The notes under the pieces were generated by a model. That model did no database searches. It had not been told where the DNA came from and was given only the letters and a program-made list of their open reading frames with translations. DNA of 64,000 nucleotides from Dehalococcoidia bacterium (GTDB lineage Bacteria > Chloroflexota > Dehalococcoidia > Bin125): positions 832,001-896,000 of the forward strand of contig CAXXSR010000001.1 in assembly GCA_963662615.2 (NCBI GenBank). The letters run 5' to 3'. Position 1 is the first letter of the stretch. The number at the start of each line of letters is the position of its first letter. Position numbers and translations under genes: made by a program. Positions 9,387 through 18,465 of this stretch are shown here, piece by piece.

Positions 9387-9638
9387 TCAGTTCAGGACAA
9401 GGCTGAGGCAGGTCGTGGTCCGATTCACGCCGGGGATGGTTTGGATCGCCTCGGTGATGCAGACGCCCAACTTGTTGAGATCGTCGGCCTCCAACTGCAC
9501 GATGACGTCGTAGGGGCCGGTGACGGTGTCGACCGAGGTGACGGTGGCGTCGTCGCTGGAGAGCTCGCGGAGACGATCGGTGACAGCTTTGGCGGTCCCG
9601 ACCTCCGTCTCCACGAGAACGTAGCTCTTCACTAGCAT
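9387..9638 (-). CDS. Lrp/AsnC ligand-binding (stand-alone RAM) domain protein
   Basis: YVLV..E.G, VTGPYDVIV, IQTIPGV..TTT pattern; no HTH; GGAGGAGG upstream of ATG 9638. Confidence 0.88.
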   Translation of the reverse strand: MLVKSYVLVETEVGTAKAVTDRLRELSSDDATVTSVDTVTGPYDVIVQLEADDLNKLGVCITEAIQTIPGVNRTTTCLSLVLN

Positions 9639-9785
9639 GCGGACGGACCTCCTCCACATTGCGGCGCGCCCGGCGGGCCGTGTGTGCGGCGCAGTGTATC
9701 AGCCGTCGCCATCGCCCCGCAGCGCGCGCGTATCGAGGTGGGGCCATCATCGCGGGGGGCCCGTGAGGCCAGGGCGGGGCCGAGA

Positions 9786-9815
9786 TTGACCCCGGCTTGG
9801 ACCCGTTTGTACGGT
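9786..9815 (+). promoter_or_regulatory. Sigma70-type promoter of pheS
   Basis: TTGACC (9786-9791), 18-nt spacer, TACGGT (9810-9815); ATG 8 nt downstream. Confidence 0.6.
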
Positions 9816-9823
9816 GACGGACG

Positions 9824-10837
9824 ATGGCACTTCAAGAGTTGGACGAGCTTCGCGAGGAGGCGCTGCGAGGGCTCGCGTCCGCGGCCGACGCCGCCGCGGC
9901 GGAGCAGTGGCGGCTGGCCTTCTTGGGCCGCAGCGGCAAGCTGACAATGGAGTTGCGGGCGCTCAGGGATCTGCCGCTGGAGGAGCGGCGCAGCGTGGGG
10001 GCGGCGGCGAACGCGCTCAAGCGGGAGCTGGAAGGGGCGCTGGAGGAGCGACAGGCGGTGCTGCAGGCAGTGCTGCGTCGTGGGGAAGCGGGGGTGGCAG
10101 CGGAGGCTGTGGACGTGACGCTGCCGGCGCGGGCGCTGCCCCGCGGCCACCTGCACCCGATGACGTTGATGCGTCGGAGCGTGGAGCGGATCTTTGGCGC
10201 CATGGGCTTCGCCGTCGTGGAGGGGCCGGAAGTGGAGTGGGAGCACTACAACTTCGAGCGGCTGCGGATTCCCAAGGACCACCCCGCCCGCGACATGTGG
10301 GACACGCTCTGGATCGACTACGAACGTGAGGGCGAGCGGCCTCTGCTACTGCGCACGCATACGTCGCCCATGCAGATCCGCTTCATGGAGACGCACGCGC
10401 CGCCGATCCGCGTGATCGTCCCCGGCACGTGCTATCGCTACGAGGCCACGGACGCCACGCACGAGTGGATGCTCACGCAGGTGGAGGGGCTGGTGATCGA
10501 CGAGGGGATCACGTTCGGGCATCTGAAGGGCACGCTGGAGTCGTTCGTGCACCGGCTTTTCGGGCCGAACGTGGAGACGCGCTTTCGCTGCGACTACTTC
10601 CCCTTCGTGGAGCCGGGGGCGGAGTTGGCGATCCGCTGGCGCGACGGGCGTTGGTTGGAGATGCTGGGCGCGGGGATGGTTCATCCGGAGATCATTGAGG
10701 CGGCGGGCTTCGATCCGGATCGGTACACCGGCTTCGCCTTCGGCATGGGGATCGAGCGCTTCGCCATGCTGCGCTACGGCATCGAGGATATCCGCGACTT
10801 CTATCAGAACGACCTGCGCTTTCTGGAGCAGTTCTAG
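9824..10837 (+). CDS. pheS: Phenylalanine--tRNA ligase alpha subunit
   Basis: HPARDMWDT, LLRTHTSP, YFPFVEP, GAGMVHP, GFAFGMGIER, NDLRFLEQF. Confidence 0.98.
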   Translation: MALQELDELREEALRGLASAADAAAAEQWRLAFLGRSGKLTMELRALRDLPLEERRSVGAAANALKRELEGALEERQAVLQAVLRRGEAGVAAEAVDVTLPARALPRGHLHPMTLMRRSVERIFGAMGFAVVEGPEVEWEHYNFERLRIPKDHPARDMWDTLWIDYEREGERPLLLRTHTSPMQIRFMETHAPPIRVIVPGTCYRYEATDATHEWMLTQVEGLVIDEGITFGHLKGTLESFVHRLFGPNVETRFRCDYFPFVEPGAELAIRWRDGRWLEMLGAGMVHPEIIEAAGFDPDRYTGFAFGMGIERFAMLRYGIEDIRDFYQNDLRFLEQF

Positions 10838-10888
10838 GGTGCGCCCGTCGCACCGTTTCCGAGTGGCCGAGGCGGAGAAAGTGAAGCC

Positions 10889-13357
10889 GTGAAGATCCCG
10901 CTGCTCTGGCTCAGTGACTACGTTGAGCTGTCGCTGTCGCCCGACGAGATGGCGCATCGCCTGTCGATGGCGGGCGCGGAGGTCGAGACGGTGGAGGGTG
11001 GGGCGGACTGGGACGGGGTCTCGGTGGGACTGGTCACGGCGGTGGAGCCGCACCCCAACGCCGACCGGCTGCGCCTGGCGACGGTGGACGTTGGCGAGGG
11101 CGAGCCGCAGACGGTCGTGTGCGGAGCGCCGAACGTGGCCGTGGGCCAGAAGATCGCCTTCGCGCGGGAGGGGGCGCGGCTGATCGATCCGCGCAGCGGA
11201 GAACGCAAGAAGCTGCGCCGATCGAAGATCCGCGGCGTGGTCTCGGCGGGCATGGTCTGCTCCGAGCGCGAGCTGGGCCTCTCCGACGAGCACACCGGCA
11301 TCCTGGTGCTGGAGCCGGACGTGCCGCTGGGTGTGCCGCTGGAGCAAGCGCTGGCGCGGGCCGTGCTGGCGCGGACGGTGCTGGAGATCAGCGCCACCCC
11401 CAACCGGCCCGATCATCTGTCGGTGCTGGGGATCGCGCGGGAGGTGGCGGCGCTGACGGGACAGACGGTGCAGGAGCCGGATCGGAGCTTCGCGGGGGAC
11501 GGGCCGCCGGTGGAGGAGCGGACGTCGGTGGTAATCGAGGATCCGGACCTGTGCGCGCGCTACATCGCTACGGTGATCACCGGCGTGAAGGTCGGTCCGT
11601 CGCCGTCGTGGATGCAGGAGGCGCTGCTGTCGGCGGGCCAGCGACCGATCAACAACGTGGTGGACGTGACCAACTACGTGATGCTGGAGCTGGGCCAACC
11701 GCTGCACGCCTTCGACTTCGAGAGGCTGCGTGGCGGCCGCATTGTGGTGCGACGGGCGCGGGCCGGCGAACGGCTGCGCCTGATCGACGGGAGCGAGCAG
11801 GCTTTGGCGCCGGACAGCCTGGTCATCGCCGACGCCGAGGAGGCCGTCGCGGTGGCGGGGGTGATGGGCGGCGCCGGTTCGGAGGTGTCGGAGGCGACGA
11901 CCACAATCCTGCTGGAGGTCGCCAGCTTCGACAGCGCCAGCATCCGTCGCACGGCGGCGGCGCTGAAGCAGCGCACGGAGGCGAGCACGCGTTTTGAGAA
12001 GGGGCTGAACCCGGAGCTGGCGGCGGTGGCGTCGGAGCGGGCGATGCGGCTGCTGTTGGAGACGGCCGGGGGCCGCGCCGACGCGGGACGGGTGGACAGC
12101 TACCCGGGCGAGCAGCCAGCGGCGACGGTGCGCTTGGCCCGTCGGCGCGTGGAGCAGGTGCTGGGCCTGGACGTGCCGGCCGAGCGGGTGCGCTCCATCC
12201 TGGCGGCGTTGGGCTTCGACGTGCGCGCGAGCGGGGCCGACGGGTTCGAGGTGGTCGCGCCCTACTGGCGCACCGATATCCACATCGCCGATGACTTGGT
12301 GGAGGAGGTCGCGCGGATCCTGGGCTACGACGCCCTACCCAGCGCGCCCCTGCGTGGCTCCATTCCCGATCCCGACCCGCAGCCCCTGCTGGAGACGCGG
12401 GAGAGCGCCCGCGACGCGCTGAAGGGCGCCGGCTTGATTGAGGTGATCAACTACGTGACGACCAGCGAGGCGATCATCGCGCGGGTGCAGCCGCCGGAGT
12501 CGATCACGCAGGCGCCGCCGCTGCGGCTGTTCAATCCGCTGAACATGGAGCGCGACCAGCTGCGAACGACGCTGCGCCCGGGGCTGCTGGAGAGTTACGC
12601 GGCGGCGGTCCGCCGTCGGCGTGACGCCGGCGGCGGCGCGCTGGGGCTGTTCGAGGTCGGCAAGGTGTTCTGGTCGCGGGCGGACGACCTGCCCGACGAG
12701 CGCTGGCTCGTTGCCGCGCTCTGCGGCGGAGCCGTCGCGCCGTTCTTGCTCGAAGGCGGCTCCGGTGAGGGCGGGCGCGGAGTGGACTTCTTCGACGCCA
12801 AGGCGGTCGCGGAGGCGGTGGCGTCGTCGCTGGGGGTCGCGTTCCGCTACGAGGCGCCGGCGGCGGGGGAGGGGGACCCTGCGTTGGAAGCGGGCGAGAG
12901 CGCCCGCATTGGGGTGGGCGGTCCTTCCGGAGGAAAGATGGTCGGTGTCCTGGGACGTGTTCAGGCGGCGGTGCGCGAGCGCTTCGACATTGAAGACGAG
13001 GTGTACCTGTTGGAGTTGGACGTGTCGGCGCTGGCGGCGCTGCCACGGGCGTCGATCAACGTGGGGCGGGTGAGCCGCTTCCCGGCGGTGAGCGAGGATT
13101 TGGCCGTGGTGGTGGAGGCGTCGACGCCGGCGGGGGCGGTCGAGGCGGTGCTGTTGCGGCAGGAGCTGGTGGAGCGGGCGGAGCTGTTCGACGTGTACGT
13201 GGGGCCGCAGATCCCGTCGGGGAAGAGGTCGCTGGCGTACGCGCTGACGTACCGGGCGCCGGACCGGACGTTGACGGACGCGGAGGTGGCGGCGGTGCGG
13301 GCGTCGATGGTGGGGGAGTTGGGGCGGGAGCTGGGGGGGGTGGTGCGGGAGGGGTAG
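10889..13357 (+). CDS. pheT: Phenylalanine--tRNA ligase beta subunit
   Basis: HPNADRL, VCGAPN, TPNRPD, NNVVDVTNYV, GQPLHAFD, RFEKG, DLVEEVARI.GY, C-terminal FDX-ACB domain. Confidence 0.98.
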   Translation: MKIPLLWLSDYVELSLSPDEMAHRLSMAGAEVETVEGGADWDGVSVGLVTAVEPHPNADRLRLATVDVGEGEPQTVVCGAPNVAVGQKIAFAREGARLIDPRSGERKKLRRSKIRGVVSAGMVCSERELGLSDEHTGILVLEPDVPLGVPLEQALARAVLARTVLEISATPNRPDHLSVLGIAREVAALTGQTVQEPDRSFAGDGPPVEERTSVVIEDPDLCARYIATVITGVKVGPSPSWMQEALLSAGQRPINNVVDVTNYVMLELGQPLHAFDFERLRGGRIVVRRARAGERLRLIDGSEQALAPDSLVIADAEEAVAVAGVMGGAGSEVSEATTTILLEVASFDSASIRRTAAALKQRTEASTRFEKGLNPELAAVASERAMRLLLETAGGRADAGRVDSYPGEQPAATVRLARRRVEQVLGLDVPAERVRSILAALGFDVRASGADGFEVVAPYWRTDIHIADDLVEEVARILGYDALPSAPLRGSIPDPDPQPLLETRESARDALKGAGLIEVINYVTTSEAIIARVQPPESITQAPPLRLFNPLNMERDQLRTTLRPGLLESYAAAVRRRRDAGGGALGLFEVGKVFWSRADDLPDERWLVAALCGGAVAPFLLEGGSGEGGRGVDFFDAKAVAEAVASSLGVAFRYEAPAAGEGDPALEAGESARIGVGGPSGGKMVGVLGRVQAAVRERFDIEDEVYLLELDVSALAALPRASINVGRVSRFPAVSEDLAVVVEASTPAGAVEAVLLRQELVERAELFDVYVGPQIPSGKRSLAYALTYRAPDRTLTDAEVAAVRASMVGELGRELGGVVREG

Positions 13358-13686
13358 GGGGATGATGCTCACGGCGGCAAGCACGACCAGTGGCCGTGAT
13401 ACTGGCGCCGGAGAATGGCCGTTATCTCAATGCGTCATTCTCGACCGACCAGATCTGACTTGTTTCGTAGATGGGCGACTTGAGGGTCCCGTTGACTCAC
13501 GCGCAGGTGGCGGGCAGCGACGCAAAGCATCTAGGCTTGAGTACAATCGCCGCCACCTGAGATGGCGGCAAAGGCGAAGGTGCATCTGTGGACGCAAGCG
13601 TGGGGCCCGAGCGGACCGCGGCGGCTTCCGGGGTCACGGGTAGGCAGAAGCAGAACGCCTGTCCGTTGGACGACAGGGACACAACG

Positions 13687-14886
13687 ATGGGAGCGCCGAA
13701 CCTCGCGGACAAGGTAAATGCAGCCGGGCGCCGATCCTCTGAAGTCAGAGACGTCCGGCAGATGGCGCTTTGGAGCGAGCACCCATTAGGAGAGAATCCA
13801 GGCTACTTCTCCAAGCAGCTGATCACGTATATCGGGAACAAGCGAGCTCTACTGGGTCACATCGGCAATGCCGTTGATCGAGTGAAACAGCGGCTAGGCA
13901 AGAACCGCCTTCGGATCCTCGATGTGTTTTCAGGATCAGGCGTAGTGTCGCGGTATTTGAAAGCGCATGCGACGTCTTTGATCAGCAACGATTTCGAGGA
14001 CTACGCGGCGGTGATTGGCCGGTGTTATCTTTGCAACGCGAGCACCGTAGATCTAAATGGCATCAACGAGATCGTCGATGACCTAAACGTCCGTGTTGAA
14101 ACTGAGGAACTGCCGCCCGGATTCATCGAAGAACTGTATGCACCGCGCGATGAATCGAACATTACGACCGAAGATCGCGTCTTCTATACGCGCGAGAACG
14201 CTCGCCGGCTAGACAACTACCGGAGGCTCTTCGATTCCGTTCCTGACGGCGTGGGCGACATGCTGCTGGGTCCTTTGCTGAGCAAGGCCTCGATCCACGC
14301 CAACACGGCAGGTGTCTTCAAGGGGTTCTACAAGGATCGGCGGACCAAAGTCGGCCGGTTTGGTGGAAGCAATGGAGACGCGCTCACCCGGATAAGAGGC
14401 AAGATCATTCTGGAACCTCCGATTCTAAGCAGGTTCGAATGCGAGGTTGAGGTTCTTCAAGAGGATGCGAGCAGTGTCGCGCAGCACATACGAGACGTTG
14501 ATCTCGCTTACGTTGATCCTCCCTACAATCAACACCCGTATGGGTCCAACTACTTCATGCTCAACCTACTCGTTCACTACGATCGGCCGCAGCGCATCAG
14601 CGGGGTCTCCGGCATTCCCATCGATTGGCGGCGATCTGGATACAACGTGCAAGCACGATCTTTGTCCCTCCTGCGCGATCTTTTACATGGGCTCGACTCT
14701 CGGTTCCTCCTGGTCTCTTTTAACAATGAGGGCTTCATTAGGCCGAGAGAGATGCGCGCTCTCCTTGCCGAGATTGGTTCAGTTGAGCTAATCGAGACGC
14801 GCTACAACACGTTCCGCGGTAGCAGGAATCTGAGGAATCGCAATATTCACGTCACCGAGCAACTCTTCTTGGTGGAGCGAAGCTAG
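13687..14886 (+). CDS. N6-adenine DNA methyltransferase (D12 / alpha class)
   Basis: YIGNK, motif I DVFSGSG preceding motif IV DPPY; lower GC; start uncertain (13588 GTG, 13687 or 13762 ATG). Confidence 0.92.
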   Translation: MGAPNLADKVNAAGRRSSEVRDVRQMALWSEHPLGENPGYFSKQLITYIGNKRALLGHIGNAVDRVKQRLGKNRLRILDVFSGSGVVSRYLKAHATSLISNDFEDYAAVIGRCYLCNASTVDLNGINEIVDDLNVRVETEELPPGFIEELYAPRDESNITTEDRVFYTRENARRLDNYRRLFDSVPDGVGDMLLGPLLSKASIHANTAGVFKGFYKDRRTKVGRFGGSNGDALTRIRGKIILEPPILSRFECEVEVLQEDASSVAQHIRDVDLAYVDPPYNQHPYGSNYFMLNLLVHYDRPQRISGVSGIPIDWRRSGYNVQARSLSLLRDLLHGLDSRFLLVSFNNEGFIRPREMRALLAEIGSVELIETRYNTFRGSRNLRNRNIHVTEQLFLVERS

Positions 14887-14916
14887 ACCGAACTCACGTC
14901 GATCGAGAGAGAGCCG

Positions 14917-15648
14917 ATGGCACGGAAGCAGCAGTTGTGCGAGCAGCGAGCTGGGACGGTCATAAACTTCAGATCAAAAACGCAGGAGGCTCGCCTCGGC
15001 AAGCCTTTGAGCGCTGTCACCGAGCGGCTCGGTCGCGAATTCGGCGTAACGCTCCACCACGAGCATGAATGGAAGCTCGCGGATATTGTGCCGCGTCTGC
15101 GCAACTTTTTTCCAGACGTTCAGTTCCATCACTACTCCGATAAGTCGTCTATGCGGCCCGACGGCGGCATTCTTTCCATTCGGGACAAGGATGGCAATCT
15201 GTTCCCGGTCCTGATAGTCGAGGTAAAGAACCAAGGCACCAATGATTTGAGGAAAGCTGAAGGCAAGCCGCCGCAGGCCAAAGGGAATGCGATCGAACGT
15301 TTAGGGAAGAACGTCATAGGGTTCCGGACCGCGATGCTCAGCGAGGGCATTACTCCTTTCGTTTGTTTTGGTGATGGCTGCGACTTCGCCGACTCCAGCA
15401 CCATTCTGGATAGGGTTGTGACCATTGCGATGTTCGGACCTCTTAACCATGTTCAAGTTGTTAACGAGGGCGAACATGGGCGATTCAATCGAGGGAGCTT
15501 CTTCTTCCGCGAGGCTGCTTGGACTTCTGAGGAGATGGAGGAGGTCATATACGAAGTCGCGGAGCGGAGCGTGAGCTACTACTTCGCGAAATACGGAAGG
15601 CGGCGCTTTATTCCCGATGGAACGGCGGTGAGTGAGCGGGGCAGCTAG
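14917..15648 (+). CDS. EcoRI-family type II restriction endonuclease
   Basis: RPDGG...EVKNQG active site (EcoRI PDGG...EAKHQG), GNAIER recognition motif, LDR; follows MTase. Confidence 0.88.
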   Translation: MARKQQLCEQRAGTVINFRSKTQEARLGKPLSAVTERLGREFGVTLHHEHEWKLADIVPRLRNFFPDVQFHHYSDKSSMRPDGGILSIRDKDGNLFPVLIVEVKNQGTNDLRKAEGKPPQAKGNAIERLGKNVIGFRTAMLSEGITPFVCFGDGCDFADSSTILDRVVTIAMFGPLNHVQVVNEGEHGRFNRGSFFFREAAWTSEEMEEVIYEVAERSVSYYFAKYGRRRFIPDGTAVSERGS

Positions 15649-15719
15649 GAGGCTCCAACATTCGTACGCAGCTGAGGGTAGTTGGCCTCAGGGGCGTTGC
15701 TGTTCGCATAGGTCAGATC

Positions 15720-16655
15720 TCAGGCGTGAGGGATGTGAGGAAGTCGTAGGTGCGGGCGCGAGCGTCGCGTGAGGGATGTGAGGAAGTCGTAGGTGCGGGC
15801 GCGAGCGTCGCGGTCGGTGGGGATGGCGATGAAGTCGCTGACGCCGATGTCGCGGAGGCGCTGCAACTGTCGCACGACTTCGGCCTCGTCGCCGATGGGC
15901 GAGACGTCGGCGGGGCTTTTGGCGCCGGATCCTTCGATGACGCGTTGGTAGGAGGGGAGGTCGGTGTAAAAGCCGTAAGCGTGGTCGATGCGCTCGCGGC
16001 CGGCGTCGGCGTCGGCGGCGACGATGACGGGGACCGAGGCGATGATGCGGGGTTGGGGGCGCCCGGCGGCCTCGGCGGCGCGGGTGATGGTGGGCAGGAC
16101 CGTGCCCTCCAGGTAGGAGGGGCCGGCCATCCAAGTGACGGTGCCGTCGGCGAGGCGGCCGGCGAGGGCGAGCATCTGCGGGCCGAGGGCGGCGAGGATC
16201 ACGGGCGGCGGTTGGGCGTCGGGCACGCGCAGCTGGGCGTCGATGCGGAAGAGGTCGCCTTTGTAGTCGACGTGCTCGCCGCGCAGCAGCGGTCGCAGGA
16301 CTTCCAGGTACTCGCGCATGTAGCGGACGGGCTTGGCGAAGTCGAGGCCGAGCGAGTCCTCGATGATGCGGCGATGGCTGAGGCCGAGGCCGAGGACGAA
16401 GCGGTTGCCGCTGGCGGCGGCCGCCGTGAGCGCCTGTTGGGCCATGACGAGAGGGTGGCGCGTGTAGACGGGCACCACGTCGACGCCGAGCTCGATGCGG
16501 GAGGTGACGGCGCCGGCGGCGGCGATGAGGGTCATGGTGTCGTGGTCGTTGATGCTGGGGAGCCAGGCGCCGGTGAAGCCGTCCTCTTCGAGCTGCCGGT
16601 AGCGGGCGAGCTTGTCGGCGAAGGTGCGGGCGATGGGGGAGGTGGCGAGTCGCAT
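15720..16655 (-). CDS. LLM-class (probably F420-dependent) oxidoreductase
   Basis: T..IELG..V.P.YTRHP, RF.LGLGLSH, P...MREYL, AALGP.ML.LAG..ADG motifs; C-terminus altered by a duplication. Confidence 0.92.
   Translation of the reverse strand: MRLATSPIARTFADKLARYRQLEEDGFTGAWLPSINDHDTMTLIAAAGAVTSRIELGVDVVPVYTRHPLVMAQQALTAAAASGNRFVLGLGLSHRRIIEDSLGLDFAKPVRYMREYLEVLRPLLRGEHVDYKGDLFRIDAQLRVPDAQPPPVILAALGPQMLALAGRLADGTVTWMAGPSYLEGTVLPTITRAAEAAGRPQPRIIASVPVIVAADADAGRERIDHAYGFYTDLPSYQRVIEGSGAKSPADVSPIGDEAEVVRQLQRLRDIGVSDFIAIPTDRDARARTYDFLTSLTRRSRPHLRLPHIPHA
15727..15812. repeat. Perfect 43-bp tandem duplication at 3' end of LLM gene
   Basis: TGAGGGATGTGAGGAAGTCGTAGGTGCGGGCGCGAGCGTCGCG at 15727-15769 and 15770-15812. 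Confidence 0.97.
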
Positions 16656-16748
16656 GGTGGGTCTCCGTGGCGGTGGTGGGCGAGGGGACGGTAGGGGGCA
16701 GGGGAGAGGCGGTCAATGCGGTCGCGGGGCGGGGGCGTGAATTGCCGG

Positions 16749-17028
16749 CCGTTCGCCCTTCGGCGAGGTCAGGGGGAACGGGTTGAAAGGCTCAGGGGGA
16801 ACGGAGGGACCTCACCCATCCTCCCCCTCTCCATCACAAGGCGATGGAGAGGGGGAGGATGGGGGTTCGCCCTTCGACCGTTCGTCCTTCCCGCGGGGAA
16901 GGATCAGGACAGGCAGGTTCAGGGTGAGCGGGTTTAGAAGGGGGGCTCCTTCCCAGGGGGAAGGACAGGTCAGGGTGAGCGGGGGGCCTGTGGCCCGCTC
17001 GCCCTTCGACAGGCTCAGGGTGAGCGGG
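16749..17028. repeat. Cluster of REP-like palindromes (CG(T/C)TCGCCCTTCGAC..GCTCAGGGxGA(A/G)CGG family) around a 21-bp-stem hairpin
   Basis: Copies at about 16749-16781, 16865-16932, 16944-16984, 16994-17028; inverted repeat CCCATCCTCCCCCTCTCCATC / GATGGAGAGGGGGAGGATGGG at 16815-16863. Confidence 0.85.
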
Positions 17029-17033
17029 CGGGG

Positions 17034-17396
17034 CTAGTCGGCGGGGAGGGCGGCTTTGGCTTGGGCGGCGATGGCGGCGAAGGCGTCGGGGTCGCGGATG
17101 GCGAGGTCGGCGAGGACTTTGCGGTCGATCTCGATCCGGCCCAGGCGCAGGCCGTGGATGAAGGTGCTGTAGCTGAGGCCGTGGAGGCGGGCGGCGGCGT
17201 TGATGCGCTGGATCCAGAGGCGGCGGAAGTCGGCTTTGCGGTCGCGGCGGTCGCGATAGGCGTAGGCGAGCGCGTGTACGCGTGACTCGGCCGCGCGCCG
17301 GAAGATGCGGTGGCGAAGGCCGTGATGCCCTTTGGTCTGGGCGATTATCTTTTTGTGCCGGCGGCGCAGTTTGGTGCCGCGCCTCACACGGGTCAC
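17034..17396 (-). CDS. rplT: 50S ribosomal protein L20
   Basis: TRVRRG...[32 protein letters not shown]; GTG start after GGGAGGT. Confidence 0.98.
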   Translation of the reverse strand: MTRVRRGTKLRRRHKKIIAQTKGHHGLRHRIFRRAAESRVHALAYAYRDRRDRKADFRRLWIQRINAAARLHGLSYSTFIHGLRLGRIEIDRKVLADLAIRDPDAFAAIAAQAKAALPAD

Positions 17397-17403
17397 GTCG
17401 TTC

Positions 17404-17490
17404 TTACCTCCCTAGGAGAGACGAGTGTGGCATCGGCGGGGGCCGCTTGTGCCGGCGGCGCAGCTTGGGGCCGCGCCTTACGCGGGTCAT
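17404..17490 (-). CDS. 28-aa mini-ORF duplicating the L20 N-terminus ([28 protein letters not shown])
   Basis: ATG at 17490 with AGGAGG/GGAG upstream, TAA at 17404-17406; first 15 codons match rplT at 14/15 residues. Confidence 0.6.
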   Translation of the reverse strand: MTRVRRGPKLRRRHKRPPPMPHSSLLGR

Positions 17491-17552
17491 GGTGGTCTCC
17501 GTCCTCCTGCTGGGCGACGCGACCGCGCTTGTCGCTCCCAGCCGCGCGACCG

Positions 17553-17756
17553 CTAGGAGCCGTAGGGTAGCAGCCGCTTGATCGTCTTTTGCTGGCGCTT
17601 GGACTTGACCGGATGCATGTCGCCCATGGCGAAGAGCTGGCGCTTGTTCTTTTTGGACTTGTTGTGGCCGCGGTGGCCCTTCATCCGCAGCACCTTGCCG
17701 GTGCCGGTGATCTTGAAGCGCTTTTTGGCGCCGCTGTGTGATTTCATCTTTGGCAT
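17553..17756 (-). CDS. rpmI: 50S ribosomal protein L35
   Basis: [21 protein letters not shown] ... LLPY. Confidence 0.98.
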   Translation of the reverse strand: MPKMKSHSGAKKRFKITGTGKVLRMKGHRGHNKSKKNKRQLFAMGDMHPVKSKRQQKTIKRLLPYGS

Positions 17757-17772
17757 CAGCGTATCTTTGACA

Positions 17773-18360
17773 TCAGACTGCGGCTTGCTCGGAGCCGGCC
17801 GGCTCGGCCTCGCTCTCCTTGGCCAGCGCCGCCGCCTTCACCTTGTCGGCCGTGACGATCACGCTCATAAAGCGCCCTTCCATGGAGATGGACTTCTCCA
17901 CGAGCAGCGGGATCCCCTCTTCCTCCAGGCGCTCCATCATGGCCGTGATGCGATCTTTGCCGATCTGCGGGTGCGTGATCTCGCGTCCGCGGAACATCAC
18001 GGTGATCTTGACCTTGTCGCCTTCGCGCAGGAGCTTGGCGGCGGTGCGCGTCTTGAAGTCGATATCGTGCTTGCCGATGTTCGGCTTCATCTTCACTTCG
18101 CGCAGCTCGACGCGGCTCTGCTTCTTCCGTCCTTCGTTCTCGCGCTTGGCTTGCTCGTACTTGAACTTGCCGTAGTCCAGGATGCGCGCGACGGGGGGTT
18201 GCGCGGTGGGGGCGACCTCGACCAGGTCCAGGCCTTGTTCCTCCGCCAGTCGCAGCGCCGCCGCCGTGGGCATGACGCCGAGTTGCTCGCTGCCCTGGCC
18301 GATCACGCGGACTTCGGGCACTCGGATTCGCTCGTTGATGCGATGCTCACGGCTTGCCAG
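17773..18360 (-). CDS. infC: Translation initiation factor IF-3 (non-canonical CTG start proposed)
   Basis: [14 protein letters not shown] lies upstream of the called GTG at 18321; [21 protein letters not shown]; GGAGGA 5 nt before in-frame CTG at 18360. Confidence 0.95.
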   Translation of the reverse strand: MASREHRINERIRVPEVRVIGQGSEQLGVMPTAAALRLAEEQGLDLVEVAPTAQPPVARILDYGKFKYEQAKRENEGRKKQSRVELREVKMKPNIGKHDIDFKTRTAAKLLREGDKVKITVMFRGREITHPQIGKDRITAMMERLEEEGIPLLVEKSISMEGRFMSVIVTADKVKAAALAKESEAEPAGSEQAAV

Positions 18361-18429
18361 AGACGTCCTCCGTTTTCATGGCGGCGCGCGCAGCGGGCGG
18401 CCCCGCCTGCCAGGCGCCATCAGCGTCTC

Positions 18430-18459
18430 ATCGTAGCAATCGTACGAAAACGGGGTCAA
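18430..18459 (-). promoter_or_regulatory. Sigma70-type promoter of infC-rpmI-rplT
   Basis: TTGACC, 18-nt spacer, TG-C-TACGAT (extended -10) on the minus strand. Confidence 0.7.
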
Positions 18460-18465
18460 TGGCAC

